A DNA stretch of 58,571 bases, from NCBI RefSeq assembly GCF_004010195.1, contig NC_057718.1, positions 79,317,643 to 79,376,213 on the forward strand. The letters are read 5' to 3'. Made by a program: the position numbers and the translations under genes. This document shows, one piece after another, positions 25,807-38,100 of the stretch; positions within the stretch are counted from its first letter, which is position 1, and every line of letters starts with the position of its first letter. The stretch is from Chiloscyllium plagiosum (lineage: Eukaryota). Under the pieces are notes generated by a model. That model saw only the letters and a program-made list of their open reading frames with translations, had not been told where the DNA came from and made no database searches.

Positions 25807-26846
25807 TGCACCTTTCCAAAATCTGCCTCCCAACCTGCTCCTTCATGTCTCTGTTGGTATTGAGGATAGATAAAAAAACTCCTAATAAAATGACTACTCC
25901 TTTCCTGTTTCTAACTTCCACCCATAATGATTCAGTAGACAAACCCTCCTCGTCGACAGCTGTTATACTATCCCTGATTAACAATGCTATTCCCCCACTT
26001 CTTTTACCTCACTCCCTTTTCCTTTTGAAACATCTAAACCTGGAACATCCAACAACCCTTCCTGCCCCTGTGATATCCAAGTCTCTGTTAAGGCTACAAC
26101 ATCCTGGCTCCAAGTACTGATCTATTCCCTAAGTTCATCACCCTTGTTCCTGACACTTCAAGCATTAGAGTGTGCACACTTCAATCTATCACACTGATTG
26201 TCCCATCAACTGCCTATCCTTCCTCAAACTTTCTGCATGCTGTATCTGCCTGTTCACCAGCTACCCAATCCTCTGATCCATAGCTCCGGTTCCCATCTCA
26301 TTGGTGTGTGTAACCTTGCAAACTGACGTGTACATTTGCAAATATTACAATAGTTAACCACATTTCATTAATTGTTTGTAATTTGAATGTCCTGAAGTTG
26401 TGAAAGGCACAGTATAAATACATTGAATTACTTTCATGTTACAGCATATCCCTTGACTCACTGTAAATACTGCACTTGTGGGTCTTATTCATCAGCCACT
26501 ATTTGGCTGTGGCACCATCAGAGGTAGGATCAGTTGTTAATTTTCTGCTTTCTATTCCTAGAGCAATGAATCCAATTAAAGTGCTCAACTGCTTACACAA
26601 CTGAATTGAACTAAACTCAATATAGACCAATTATTAATATAGGACTTTTTAGGTACAGTGTTAAAGTCATTACTTCTGAGCCAGGAAGCTTGGGTTGGAA
26701 TTCCACCTGAACCAAATTGTTTCATAATGTATCCAAGCAGGTTGATTAAAAATATTTAACCCAATTATTGAACCTGGGGCCTTCCTGGTCTGTAGAGCTT
26801 AACTGTTCACTGTACTATTGACAGGACACAGGCTTGGACTTTGATG

Positions 26847-27090
26847 ATTTGGAGATGCCGGTGTTGGACTGGGGTGTACAAAGTTAAAAATCACACAACA
26901 CCAGGTTATAGTCCAACAGGTTTAATTGGAAGCAAACTAGCTTTCGGAGCGCCACTCCTTTATCAGGTGATAAGGAGGACACATTGTGGTGTCCTCCACT
27001 ATCGCCTGATGAAGGAGCGGCTCTCCGAAAGCTAGTGTGCTTCCAAATAAACCTGTTGGACTATCACCTGGTGTTGTGTGATTTTGAACT
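26847..27090. mobile_element. Penelope-like terminal repeat, fold-back copy with a hammerhead motif in each arm
   Basis: About 100-bp inverted arms (26880-26982 / 26989-27092); TSD-like ttggactttgatg / ttggattttgatg. Confidence 0.85.
27003..27037 (+). ncRNA. Minimal type-I hammerhead ribozyme motif
   Basis: cgc-CTGATGA-A-GGAG(cggct)CTCC-GAA-AGCT-A-gtg; 3-bp stem I, CUA cleavage triplet. Confidence 0.65.
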
Positions 27091-27299
27091 TTGGATTTTG
27101 ATGCCTCAGAGATGGATGATAGGTGATGGACCGGGCCATCCCACAATACAATCCCACATATGGGTGTGATTTTAAAGATCCAACAAGTTCCTCAGCTTAC
27201 GAATGACTATTTTATTTTTTCTTACATTGCATTTCAACTTGCATACAAATCAATTTATAAACAGACTCTAGAAAGGTATCTGTTTGCAACCCAGGGACT

Positions 27300-27890
27300 G
27301 CCTATACACACAATGCACCTTGTTCAAATTACCTAAATAAGTGAAAGCCATTCTCTGGTTAATTTCTCAAAGCAATGCCTTAACTAATCAATCAACCTGC
27401 CTTGTTTAGATTTAAACAAAGCTTGGCAGTTCTGTGTCAGTCATCATGTGACTGGTGCATTTGGCATGACAATACATCTACCAATCAGAGTCCAACTAAT
27501 CATCACTATCTTTTTATGCAGTATAAAATATTGTTACTTTTTCCCTTGGTATTTAGATTAGATTACATTACAGTGTGGAAACAGGCCCTTCGGTCCAACA
27601 AGTTCACACCGACCCGCCGAAGTGCAACCCACCCATACCTCTACATTTACCCCTTACCTAACACTACGGGCAATTTAGCATGGCNNNNNNAACCGGAGCA
27701 CCCGGAGGGAACCCACGCAGACACGGGAAGAACGTGCAAACTCCATACAGTCAGTCGCCTGAGGCGGGAATTGAACCCTGGTCTCCGGTGCTGTGAGGCA
27801 GCAGTGCTAACCACTGTGCCACCGTGCCGCCCATAAAGTCTTGTGAGTCTCCTGTTGAGTGCAAACTAGAATGGTGTCATTTTCAGCAAT
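27300..27890 (+). mobile_element. Possible decayed Penelope-type terminal region hosting a SINE
   Basis: Repeated caatgcc...ccaatcagagtc-like motifs and a decayed ctgttgagtgcaa core-like string near 27852. Confidence 0.3.
27553..27832 (-). mobile_element. HE1-like SINE containing an N gap
   Basis: Reverse copy; nnnnnn at 27685-27690. Confidence 0.9.
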
Positions 27891-29739
27891 GCACTTGAAG
27901 AGACTCCTATATCTTAGCTCTTTTAGTATAACCATTCAAATCATTTCTTTGAAGTCCATATAAGCTCAATAAGTAATTTCCAAGTATATATTCCAATTTA
28001 ACCTCTCTCAGCATTCCAAATCATAACAATTCACTGCATTATCATGCTTCCTGAATTCCCTTCTCGTTTATTTTGCATTACCTTAAATAAATCACTTAAA
28101 AGATATGTGAAAATACAAAACAACTGCACATTTTGAAATCTTTTTAATGTAGGACTAACCTGCATATGTTCACCAGGCCCCTACTGTGAAAATTATTCAG
28201 TAGTTGGGAAACCTCAATATTAAGACGTAAGCTCTGAAATCTTTGATGCATCTTTTAACCACTATGCATAACCTTATAGCCAGACAAATTTCTGCTTATT
28301 TTGTCAATAACCTTGAATCTGTGTCTTATAGTTACAGATTCACCTGCTACTGAAAACAATTTCTCTTTATTTACCCTATAAAATCCTGCATAACATCCAG
28401 AAAGTTTATACAGGCACCTTTTTAATAGGTAAATAAACAAAGTAGCATAAATTGTAACTATAGCCAATTAAATAAACTCCAAATATTTGTAAATACTTTC
28501 AACTTTGCATTGTTAGTTGTTGATATGAAAGCTCAATACACAGTTTCCTCTATTTCATTTTGGTATCATTACTATGGTATTGTTTATTGCTCTCAGCTTT
28601 CCTTTGCTCTTACAATCTGTAAGCTTTTAAAACCGAAGCTATATGCTGTGAACCATTATGTTTATCATTTATTCAATCTTATCTCCTACTTTTTTTTGAC
28701 TCCTCACAGCATGCTGTACTTACTGTTCTCAAAATATGTGTCACTGCAAGTCATCTTATCAACTTTGCATTACTAAATTTTAGAACCTGTCATGCAACTC
28801 TATTGGACTTTGTTAAAGTGAAACTCTTGTACCTTTACAGCTATTGTACAGGAATGTCTAGCAAGTTTTTTAAAGTTGTGTCTGTCACAGCTTGCTTAAC
28901 TGTTCTATTCAATTAATCGTTATCAGACCCTAGCTCTGCTCTTTATTTCCAGGCAAAGTAACCCTGAAACCTGTAAACATAAGCTATGTAATTACGGGTT
29001 GATTTGTACAATTCCAGTTTTGGATATAAAATTCAACGGCAATATTACACAAAGTCCCATGAGCTGGCCAAAAATGTACATTTAGCCTTATGAGTGGGGA
29101 GGGAACAATGTCAACAAAAAGTTTGTAACAATTCTAGACCTGTCTATTCCTAAAGACTGTAGATGTTGGATCAAATGGATCTCGCAAAACTAAATTTTTC
29201 ACTTGGTAAATATATCAAGGCTTACAGATTGAATAAATGAGGTTTCACAAGTATGATCTAACTAAATGCTTAAAAGGGGCCAAGGGCTAAGTGACATGAA
29301 CTTTCTCATAAATAATGGCCAACCAAACATTCACGAGTTGCCCAGCAATTGGAATAAACAGAAAGAAATGTAAGCACGTCACAGAAGCTCACACAAGAAC
29401 ATTTTTAGGATCATTGAGAAAAAAGTAAGGTAAATAGAAGTTTAAGGTGTCTAATTGGAGTCTACACTTTCTGAGTTTTGTTTAATGATCAGAACATGAT
29501 TTTGTTCACACCTGAAATGAAAACAGAAATTGCTTGAGAAACTCAGCAAGTCTGTGGAGAGAATGCAGAGTTAGTATTTCAAGTCCAGTCACACACACAC
29601 AGACAAATTTTCAAAATAGGCCCTTTTGTAAGCTTCAAGTAAATCAGTTTCAATAGTATAGCATTCTCTTTGGAAATCAGACAACTTTTTTATTTTATGG
29701 TGAAAATTAGTTTTGAACTCCTTGCAATTTCACAGAGGT

Positions 29740-30642
29740 ACAAAGAACAAATGAAGAACAAAGAATAATACTGCACAGGAACAAGTCCTTCAGCCCACCA
29801 AGACTGCACTGACACATGATGCCTTTCTAAATTAAAAATCTTTTGCCTCTAAGCAGTCCATATCCTTCTATTCCTATATATTCATATATCTGTCAAGATG
29901 CCTCTTATACATTGCTATTTTGTCCACCTCCACCACCTCCTCTGGCAATGCATTCCAGGCACTTACCACCTTCTTGTAAAAAAACCTTCCTCTCATACCT
30001 TCTTTAAACTTTCCTTCTTTTACCTTAAGCCTATGTCCCCAGTAGTTGGTATTTCTACCATTGGAAAAAGACTCCTTATATCCATTCTACTCATGCCTCT
30101 CATAATTTTGTAAACTTCTATTAGGTCACCCCTCATTCTGTGATATTCAAGTGAAAATAAACCAAGTTTGTCCAAACTCTCATAGCTAATCTCTTCTAAA
30201 CCAAGCAACATCCTAGGTAAATATTTTTGTACCTTCTCCAAGCCTCCACATCCTTTGTGTAGTGTGGTGACCAGACCTGTACACAATATTCTAAATGTGG
30301 CTAATGTTTACACTCTATGACACAACTGGTGAAGTCAAGCATGTCATGTGCCTGCTTGAATACCTTTATGCAGTTGTGTTGCCAATTTGAGGGAACTGTG
30401 AACCTGTACGCCTTGATTCCTCTGTACATTGATGTTACTAAGAGTTCTGCCATTTACTGTATGCTTCACTTCTGCATTAGATCTTCCAAAATACATCACT
30501 TCACATTTGTCTCAATTAAACTCCATCTGTTGTTCTCTTCTATATCCACTTTACCAGCTCACCACAGATCCCATGTGACTTTACCTTTTGTACCAGCCTA
30601 CCATAAGGGACCTTGTCAGAGGCCTTGGTAATGTCCATATAG
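29740..30642 (-). mobile_element. CR1 LINE 3' portion
   Basis: ORF 30020-30286 LGLFSLE..RMRGDLIEVYKIMRG; aaagaac tail repeats. Confidence 0.85.
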
Positions 30643-30711
30643 AAAGAAGACAAAGGCCTAGTGGTATTATCACTGGAATGTTAATCCAGAGATAATGTTG
30701 TGGGGACCAGA

Positions 30712-33272
30712 GTTCTTTAACTTCCCCAACACTGACTGGGACTCCATTAGAGCAAGAGGCTTAGATGGGGCAGAATTTGTCATGTGTATTCAAGAGTCAT
30801 AGAGATGTACAGAATGGAAACAGACCGTTCGGTCCAACCCATCCATGCCGACCAGATATCCCAACCCAATCTAGTCCCACCTGCCAGCACTCGGCCCATA
30901 TCCCTCCAAACTCTTCCTATTCATATACCCATGACTCCAACTAGAGAAGGAGCCATACTTGACCTTGTATTAGCAGATGAGCCTGGCCAGGTGACTGACC
31001 TTAAGTTGGAGACCATTTTGGAAACAGTGATCACAACTCATTAAGTTTTAAGATAGCTATGAATAGGGATTAATCACCCCAACACTGACTGGGACTCCAT
31101 TAGAGCAAGAGGCTTAGATGGGGCAGAATTTGTCATGTGTATTCAAGAGTCATAGAGATGTACAGAATGGAAACAGACCGTTCGGTCCAACCCATCCATG
31201 CCGACCAGATATCCCAACCCAATCTAGTCCCACCTGCCAGCACTCGGCCCATATCCCTCCAAACTCTTCCTATTCATATACCCATGACTCCAACTAGAGA
31301 AGGAGCCATACTTGACCTTGTATTAGCAGATGAGCCTGGCCAGGTGACTGACCTTAAGTTGGAGACCATTTTGGAAACAGTGATCACAACTCATTAAGTT
31401 TTAAGATAGCTATGAATAGGGATTAATCAGGACCTTGTGATAAGATACTAAATTGGGGGAGGGAAAACTACATTAGTATTAGGCAGGAGCTTGGGAGCAT
31501 TAATTGGGAGGAGCTGTTATCAGGCAAGTCCACATTTAACATGAGGGAATTGTTTAAAGATCTACTGTTGAAAGTTTAGGACCAGCATGTTCCAGCAAGG
31601 AGAAAGGACAAGGATGACAAACTAAGGGACCCTGAGACAGCGAGGGAGGTTAGGAATTTAGTTAAAAGGGGAAAAGAAGCAGATGTAAGGTTTAGTAAGC
31701 TAAAATTGGACAGGGCACATGAGAAATATAAAGAAAGGAAGGAATTCAAGCAGTGAATTAGGAGAGTAAGAAGAGATCATGAAATGACCTTGCCGAGTAG
31801 GCTTAAAGAGAATCCCAAGGCATTCTATACATACTTTAAAAACAAGAGGGAGAAGGTCGGACCACTCAAGGATAAAGAATGGAACTTGTGCTTGGAAGCA
31901 GAGGATGTGAGAGCCTAAATGAGTACTTTGCATCATGATTCGCCGAAGAGAAGGGTATGGAGGATAGTGGGATGTATTTGGAGCATTCTAATATTATTGG
32001 GTATTTTGAGATTGAGAACAAAGTGGTGTTGGGTCTCCTGGAAGAGCATTAGGGTGGATATGTGCCCAGGGCCCAATGATATCTATCCCAGGTTAGAAAG
32101 AGGAGAGTGCTGGGCCCTTGATCAAGATTTTTGTATGCTCATTAGCCTATGGAGATGTCCTGGAGGATTGGTAAGTAGCTAATGTTGTTCCTCTATTAAA
32201 GAAGCGAAATCGGGATAATCCAGGATCAGTGAGTCTCACATTGGAGAGAATTCTTAGGGATAGGATTTATGCACATTTGGAAAAGCATGGCCTAATTAGG
32301 GATAGTCAGCATGGGTTTGTGCAGGACAGGTCAAGTCTTACTAACATGATTGAATTTTTCGAGGAGGTGGTGAAGGTGATTGATGAGTGTAAAACAGTGG
32401 ATGTTGTCTACATGGATTTTAGTAAGGCTGTCAACAAGGTTCCTCATGGTAGTCTCCATCCAGAAGATTAAGATGCATGGGATCCATGGTGACCTGGCTG
32501 CGTGGATTTAGAATTAGCTTGCTAACAAGAAAGCAGAAGGTAATGGTAGGTTTGTTTTATAAGGCAGGAGGTCCGTGACTAATTGTGTTCCACAGGGATC
32601 CGTACTGGGACCTCTGCTGTTTGTGATATATGTAGATGTATGGTTTAGTAACTTTCAGATGATCTGTAGAGTTGCAGATAGAGTAGAAGCTTGTCAAAGG
32701 ATACAGCTGGATATAAATCAGTTACAGATATAAGCAGAGAAATCACAGATGGAGTTTAATTCGTGTAAGTCTGAGGTGCTGCACTTTGGGAGATCAAATG
32801 TTAAGAAAGAGTATACACTTAATGGTCAGCATTGATGTACAGAAGGATCTTGGGGTTCAAGTCCATAGCTCCATAAAGTAGCCATGCAAGTAGATGGGAT
32901 GATGATGAAGGCATATGGCACAGCTGTACTGTGGGAGGCCACCTGGGTGGGCTCATCCAGGAATTGAATACGAGAATCAGGATGTCATGTTGCAGCTTTA
33001 TAAGAGTTTGGTTAGGCCACACACCTAATGTTCAATTCTGGTTGCCACAATACAGGAAGGATGTGGAGGTTTTGGAGAGAGTGCAAAAGAGGTTTACCAG
33101 GATTCTGCCTGGATTAGAGGGTATGAGAAAAACTCAGGTTGTTTTCTCTGGAGCAGCAGAGGCTGAGGGGACACTTGATAGAAGTCTTTTAAGTTATGAG
33201 ATGCATAAATATGGTTGACGGTCAGAATCTTTTTCCCAGAAATGTCTAAAACTTGGGGGCATGCATTTAAGG
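30712..33272 (+). mobile_element. CR1 LINE ORF2, decayed
   Basis: PTREGAILDLVL; DVVYMDFSKAVNKVPHG (32229-32471); LERVQKRFTRILPGL. Confidence 0.9.
30724..31429. repeat. Tandem duplication, 2 x 353 bp
   Basis: 30724-31076 repeats as 31077-31429; identical 86-aa ORFs at 30784 and 31137. Confidence 0.95.
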
Positions 33273-34945
33273 CCACTCCAATCTACGTTCCCCAGTTCCT
33301 GCCTAATACAGTGGCAATTAACCTTCCCTCAATTTAATATGTTCACTCCAGGACTACTCATGTCCTTTTCCATAAGTAACTTAAAACTTATAGAATTATG
33401 GTCACTGTTCCTGAAATGCTCCTCTACTCAATCAGCTGGATGGACTCATTCCCCAATGCCAGATTTAATATTCTCCTTCCCTAGTTAGACTATTTATATG
33501 TTGTTTCAAAAAACTGTCCAGCGCACACCTAATGAATTTTCCCCACTTCCCTCCCCACATCCAAGCCCCTGCCATTAAGCGAGTTCCAGTCATTATAGGG
33601 GAAATTAAAATCATCCAATAAAATGACTGTTTTTACATTTTCTGTACACATATCTGTTCCCTGATCACATGCTGGCTGTCAGGAGAACTGTAGTACAATC
33701 CCATCAAAGTGACTGCACCCCTCCTGTTCCTGAGCTCTACCCATATGACCTCGCTGGATGAGCCCACCCAGGTGGCCTCCCACAGTACAGCTGTGGTATT
33801 CTCCCTAATCAGGAACACAACTCCCTAACATCTTTTACATCCCTGTCTATCTCGCCTTAAACATCTAAATCCCAGAACGTTAAGTTGCTGGTCATGTCCC
33901 TCTTTTAATCAAGTCTCTGCAATAGCTACACATCATTGTTGTGTGTTTTAATCCAAGCTCTAAATTAATCTGCCTTATTTGCCATACTCCTCACATTAAA
34001 ACAAATACAACTTAGACAGCCAGACCTGTCATGTTCAGTAATCTCGCCCTGTTTATTCTTCCTCTTAGTCTTATTGGCATTAGTCTTTGACTCTTCCTCG
34101 ATTGTTTTACTTGCTGACCTTCTGCTCTAGTTCTAACCCCATTCCACCACACTATTTAAGTGGCAAGTGGCACTAGCAAGCCTCGGTCCCAGGATATTGG
34201 TAGCCCCCCGGTTTAGATGCAATCTGTCCTTGTACAGGTCCCATCTGCCCTGGAAGATATCCCAATGATCTACATTCCAGAAGCCCTCCCTCCTACACTT
34301 GCTCATTAGCCATGTATTTAACATCAGTATCTTCCTGTTCCTAGCCTCACTGGTGCATGACATAGAAAATAATCCTGAGATTACAATCCTAGAGGTCTTG
34401 TTCTTTAGCTGCCTACCTAATTCCCTGAATTCCCTTTGCAGGACCCTATCTCTCTTTCTACCAATTTGGACCACAGCCTATGGCTGGTCATCCTCCCCTT
34501 TCAAAATACTCTGGCAACACTCAATCTATGCCCTTGATTACAATGACCACTGGCACCACTGTTCATCTACACTTCACTCTCTCTATTATACAACAGTGCC
34601 AGTTGTGGTGCCATTGTTCTGGCTGCTGCTATTGCCTTCCCTGAGAAGCCCATCTCTACCAGTATCCAAAACCGTATAACTGAGAGGGATTGGCCTCAAG
34701 GACTCTTCCACTGCCCCTGACCAAACTTATTTGTCTTCCTGCTGGTGCAACCAACTCGCTAATGGTGCTATCCCCAACATTCTTAGCTTCATCGATGCTC
34801 CATGGTGAGTCTATCCACAGCTCCAGGTGCTCCATGCAGCATATCAGGAGCTGCAGCTGAATGCACTTACTACATATGTAGTCACCATAATCACTAGAAA
34901 TGTCCCTGATTTCCCATATATTCCAGGAGGAGCATTCCACAGGGT
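33273..34945 (-). mobile_element. CR1 LINE 5' portion (ORF1 zinc finger + esterase-like domain, start of ORF2 endonuclease)
   Basis: MECSS..WEIRD...DYICSKCIQLQLL; IVISGL...GRWDLYKDRLHLN..ATNIL; IWVELRNRRGAVTLMGLYY. Confidence 0.88.
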
Positions 34946-35104
34946 CAAGTTCTCCTGCCAGTTTTTACCTTATTAACTATATCAACTGAAGACTACAATC
35001 CAGGAAATGATATTACAACCTTACTCAATCATCACCAAACTGAGATCTCTCACTCCTTCTCCCTATTTCTAGTAGACTACAACTACAAAAATAAGTTTTA
35101 ATTG

Positions 35105-38100
35105 CAAAAATATACTTTATTCATTAAAAAAAGCTTTATGTACATTCACAGGTATTAAAACAATTCTATACAATCTTTGTGTATCAAGAAAAACAAACAT
35201 TGGAATTTGACACTCCCTGCAATTGGGAAAATAAAGATATTTCTTACTCATGCGAAACACTATTTGTGTACATTGAGGTAATGAAAGAGTCTGATAATGG
35301 AACAAACCCTAACTATAATTTGCAAAAAGACTTTAAATGGTGATCTTTCCCCACTGCTGTTGGCAGCAGCTGCCCCAAGCTTTAGTGTCCCTCAGCACAT
35401 AGTCCTGCAACTTGGAATGTGCATGTCTGCAACTCTGTCAATGTTAACTCTTTACACTCAGGGACCAATGAGTTTTGGACAGACCAAAGAGTACCTTCCA
35501 TTTAGTCCTCCAGGTGCAGTCAATGTTTGTCTCAGTGTGCATCCTGGGGAACAGCCTGTAGAGCACAGAGTCTTGCATCATGAAATTATTTGGGACAAAT
35601 CTTGACAAAAAAAATTGCATCTCTCTACAGACGTTTGCAAAGGCATATTCCAGAAGGAGATGCGTGACGTCTCTTCACCAGTGCAGCATCTGCGAGGCCA
35701 GCATGCAGTGGTGCACAGTGATGGAGCATGCACAAAGGATCTGACAGGCCGTGCCGTTCTGACCATCGGTAAAGCTACATTTTGGTGCTTGTTGGAAAGT
35801 TCTAGTGATAAGGCATTCTGCCAGATGACTTTGATGGTCTGTTCAGGGATCCATGCACAGAATCCACCCTCTTCTTTTCCAACAGTATCTCAAGAACGTT
35901 ATGTGCTGATCCCTTCTGGACTAACTTGTGGTCAAAGTTATTTCTCTTTGCAATTTTTTCCACAAAGAATCAGTGATACTGAACGGTCCAACTACTTTGT
36001 AACACCAGGGACAGGTGGAACTTCAGTACGTAGTGACAGTTGATGTTTGCATACTGAGGGTCTCCATGCACCTTGATGCAGCCACATACAAAAGTGGCCA
36101 TTAGGATGAGTGCAGTATTGGGTATATCTTTCCCCCTCCCTTTATACAGAGCTTTATACATAGCATCCCTGCAGTCATGGTCCATCTTTGATCTCCATTT
36201 GAAGTGGAAAATGGCTTGGCTGTCTGCTAAAGCATAGGTTCATGGAATGGCCAGACCTGCACCACTTGCGGCAATACCTTACACCTGATTACCAGGCTTT
36301 TCCTTGCAATTGAAAGGGAGCAGTGCTCCCCTAAGTCCAGTTCCTACGTTCCCCTGATGATAATTTGCATCTTCAGATAATCTGACCTGATGTGAAGGGG
36401 ATAAAGGATGGTTTGGCCCTGTACCCAAAGAACATGGCCTTGCTCTCATTTTTGCCTTGATTTACCTTTGCTTCCAAGATCAGTTCGAACTGCTTGCAGG
36501 TGCTCATGAATCTGCACATTGACAGCAGATCCAAGCAGAAAACAGCAATGTCATCCATGTCCAGGGAGGCTTTGACCTGCAGGCTTCTGCTGTCTGGGAT
36601 CGTTGCCCTTCTAGGATTAGTATCCTTCCTGATGGACTCAGCAAAAGGCTCTATACAATACAAACAAGGCAGGAGAGAGTAGATGGCCCTGCCTGACTCC
36701 AGATCTGATTGGGAAGCTTTCTGATTCCTAACTGTTGATTGAGACTGCACTAATGATGTTGGTGTAGAGCAGTCAGTTCCAATTTTAGATTCCGCATCCA
36801 AAACCCATTTTGGAATCACATCCCAAGTGTAGGTGTGTGATATCCTGTCAAAGGCCTTCTCTTGGTCCAGGCTGATGGAGCAGATGTCCAAACTTCATGT
36901 AGGTGATATTATTCCCGAGGAAGGCTCTCAGATTTTCCTGCCTGGTATGGCATAGATTTGGTCAGGGTGAATGATTAATCTCAGAGCAGACCTAACCCCA
37001 ATTGTGAGACTCTTAGACAGACTTTTGTCATTTGCATTTAGCAGTGAAATTGGTCACCAATTCCTAATTTCTACTTTCCTCCTTCTCCTTCTTCCACTTA
37101 TTGATTAGAGTGATGATGCCCTTGTTCATGGATTCACACATGCTACCTGCCAGAAGCAAACTGTCGGACACCTCCAGCAAGTCCTGGCCAATATGGTCCC
37201 ACAACTGAATGTAGCTCAACCAGTAAGCCATCACTTCTGGGAGTTTTATTCTTTTTCAAAGGACTTAAGGGCTTTGGTCAACTCATCCAGAGGTAACAGC
37301 TGGTCCAGCCTCTCCTGCGTGCTGTCATCCAACACTCCGTTTTAGGACAGTAACAACTGGGAGGCTGTGTAGTCTGTAGGCTTCATGTCATACAGTCTGA
37401 TATAAAAAGATTTGCTGATCATCAGGATGTCAGACTGAAATGACATTATCAAGCCATCTTCTTCCTTTCAGCTGCTGATCATGGCTCTCCCTGTGCACCC
37501 AAGCACACTTCATCCTGCTCCACAATGCAGACCCTGGACCAGAAGATTATCTTGGAGGCTTCAAGATAAAGAGCAAGGCTTGCTGGCTCTTTGCCTCCTG
37601 GAAATCCTCTTTGATATCGAACTCTGTCTGTAGCAGGAATAGGTTCTCCAAGCTTTTCTGGAGTTTTGACAATTTTACTTGTCTCTTTCTTGCGTTCTGA
37701 ACACCCTTGAGAGTGAAGAATCTCTTGATGTTCCCTTTAACTGTTTCACACCAATCTGCTGGAAACTGAGGGTTTCACGGTACTCCAACCTACTTAGTTC
37801 CTTTTCAGTTTGAGTATTTTTTGGGGTCAAAAGGTTCACATTCCACTTGCACATTTCTTTTCTGGCCCATTGGTCATCCTATAGGTAACAATCGGCTAGC
37901 AGTGGTCAAAGAACAACACAGGCTTGACATCGGGTAGATCTGACTGAAAACATAAACAGGAAATCTATCATGGAGTGGATAGATCTACCTAAGCATGACT
38001 CAGTGTATCTATGCCACACTCTGTCGGAGTGCTCAAGACATCATGCAGCTTGATGACTTTGAACATTTTCATCAGGAATCAGGATCTGATGTCCAATTTG

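Larger units (their letters stand above)
23479..26300 (-). mobile_element. CR1 LINE ORF2 (APE + RT), 3'-truncated
   Basis: ORFs with LDLVLGNEPGQV...GDSDHN, NYRPVNLT, YMDFSKAFDKVPH, WADKWQMEFN. Confidence 0.92.

Noticed and set aside
30784..31397. Duplicated 86-aa gene pair
   Set aside because: Chimeric reading of an antisense CR1 tail plus endonuclease debris inside the 353-bp duplication
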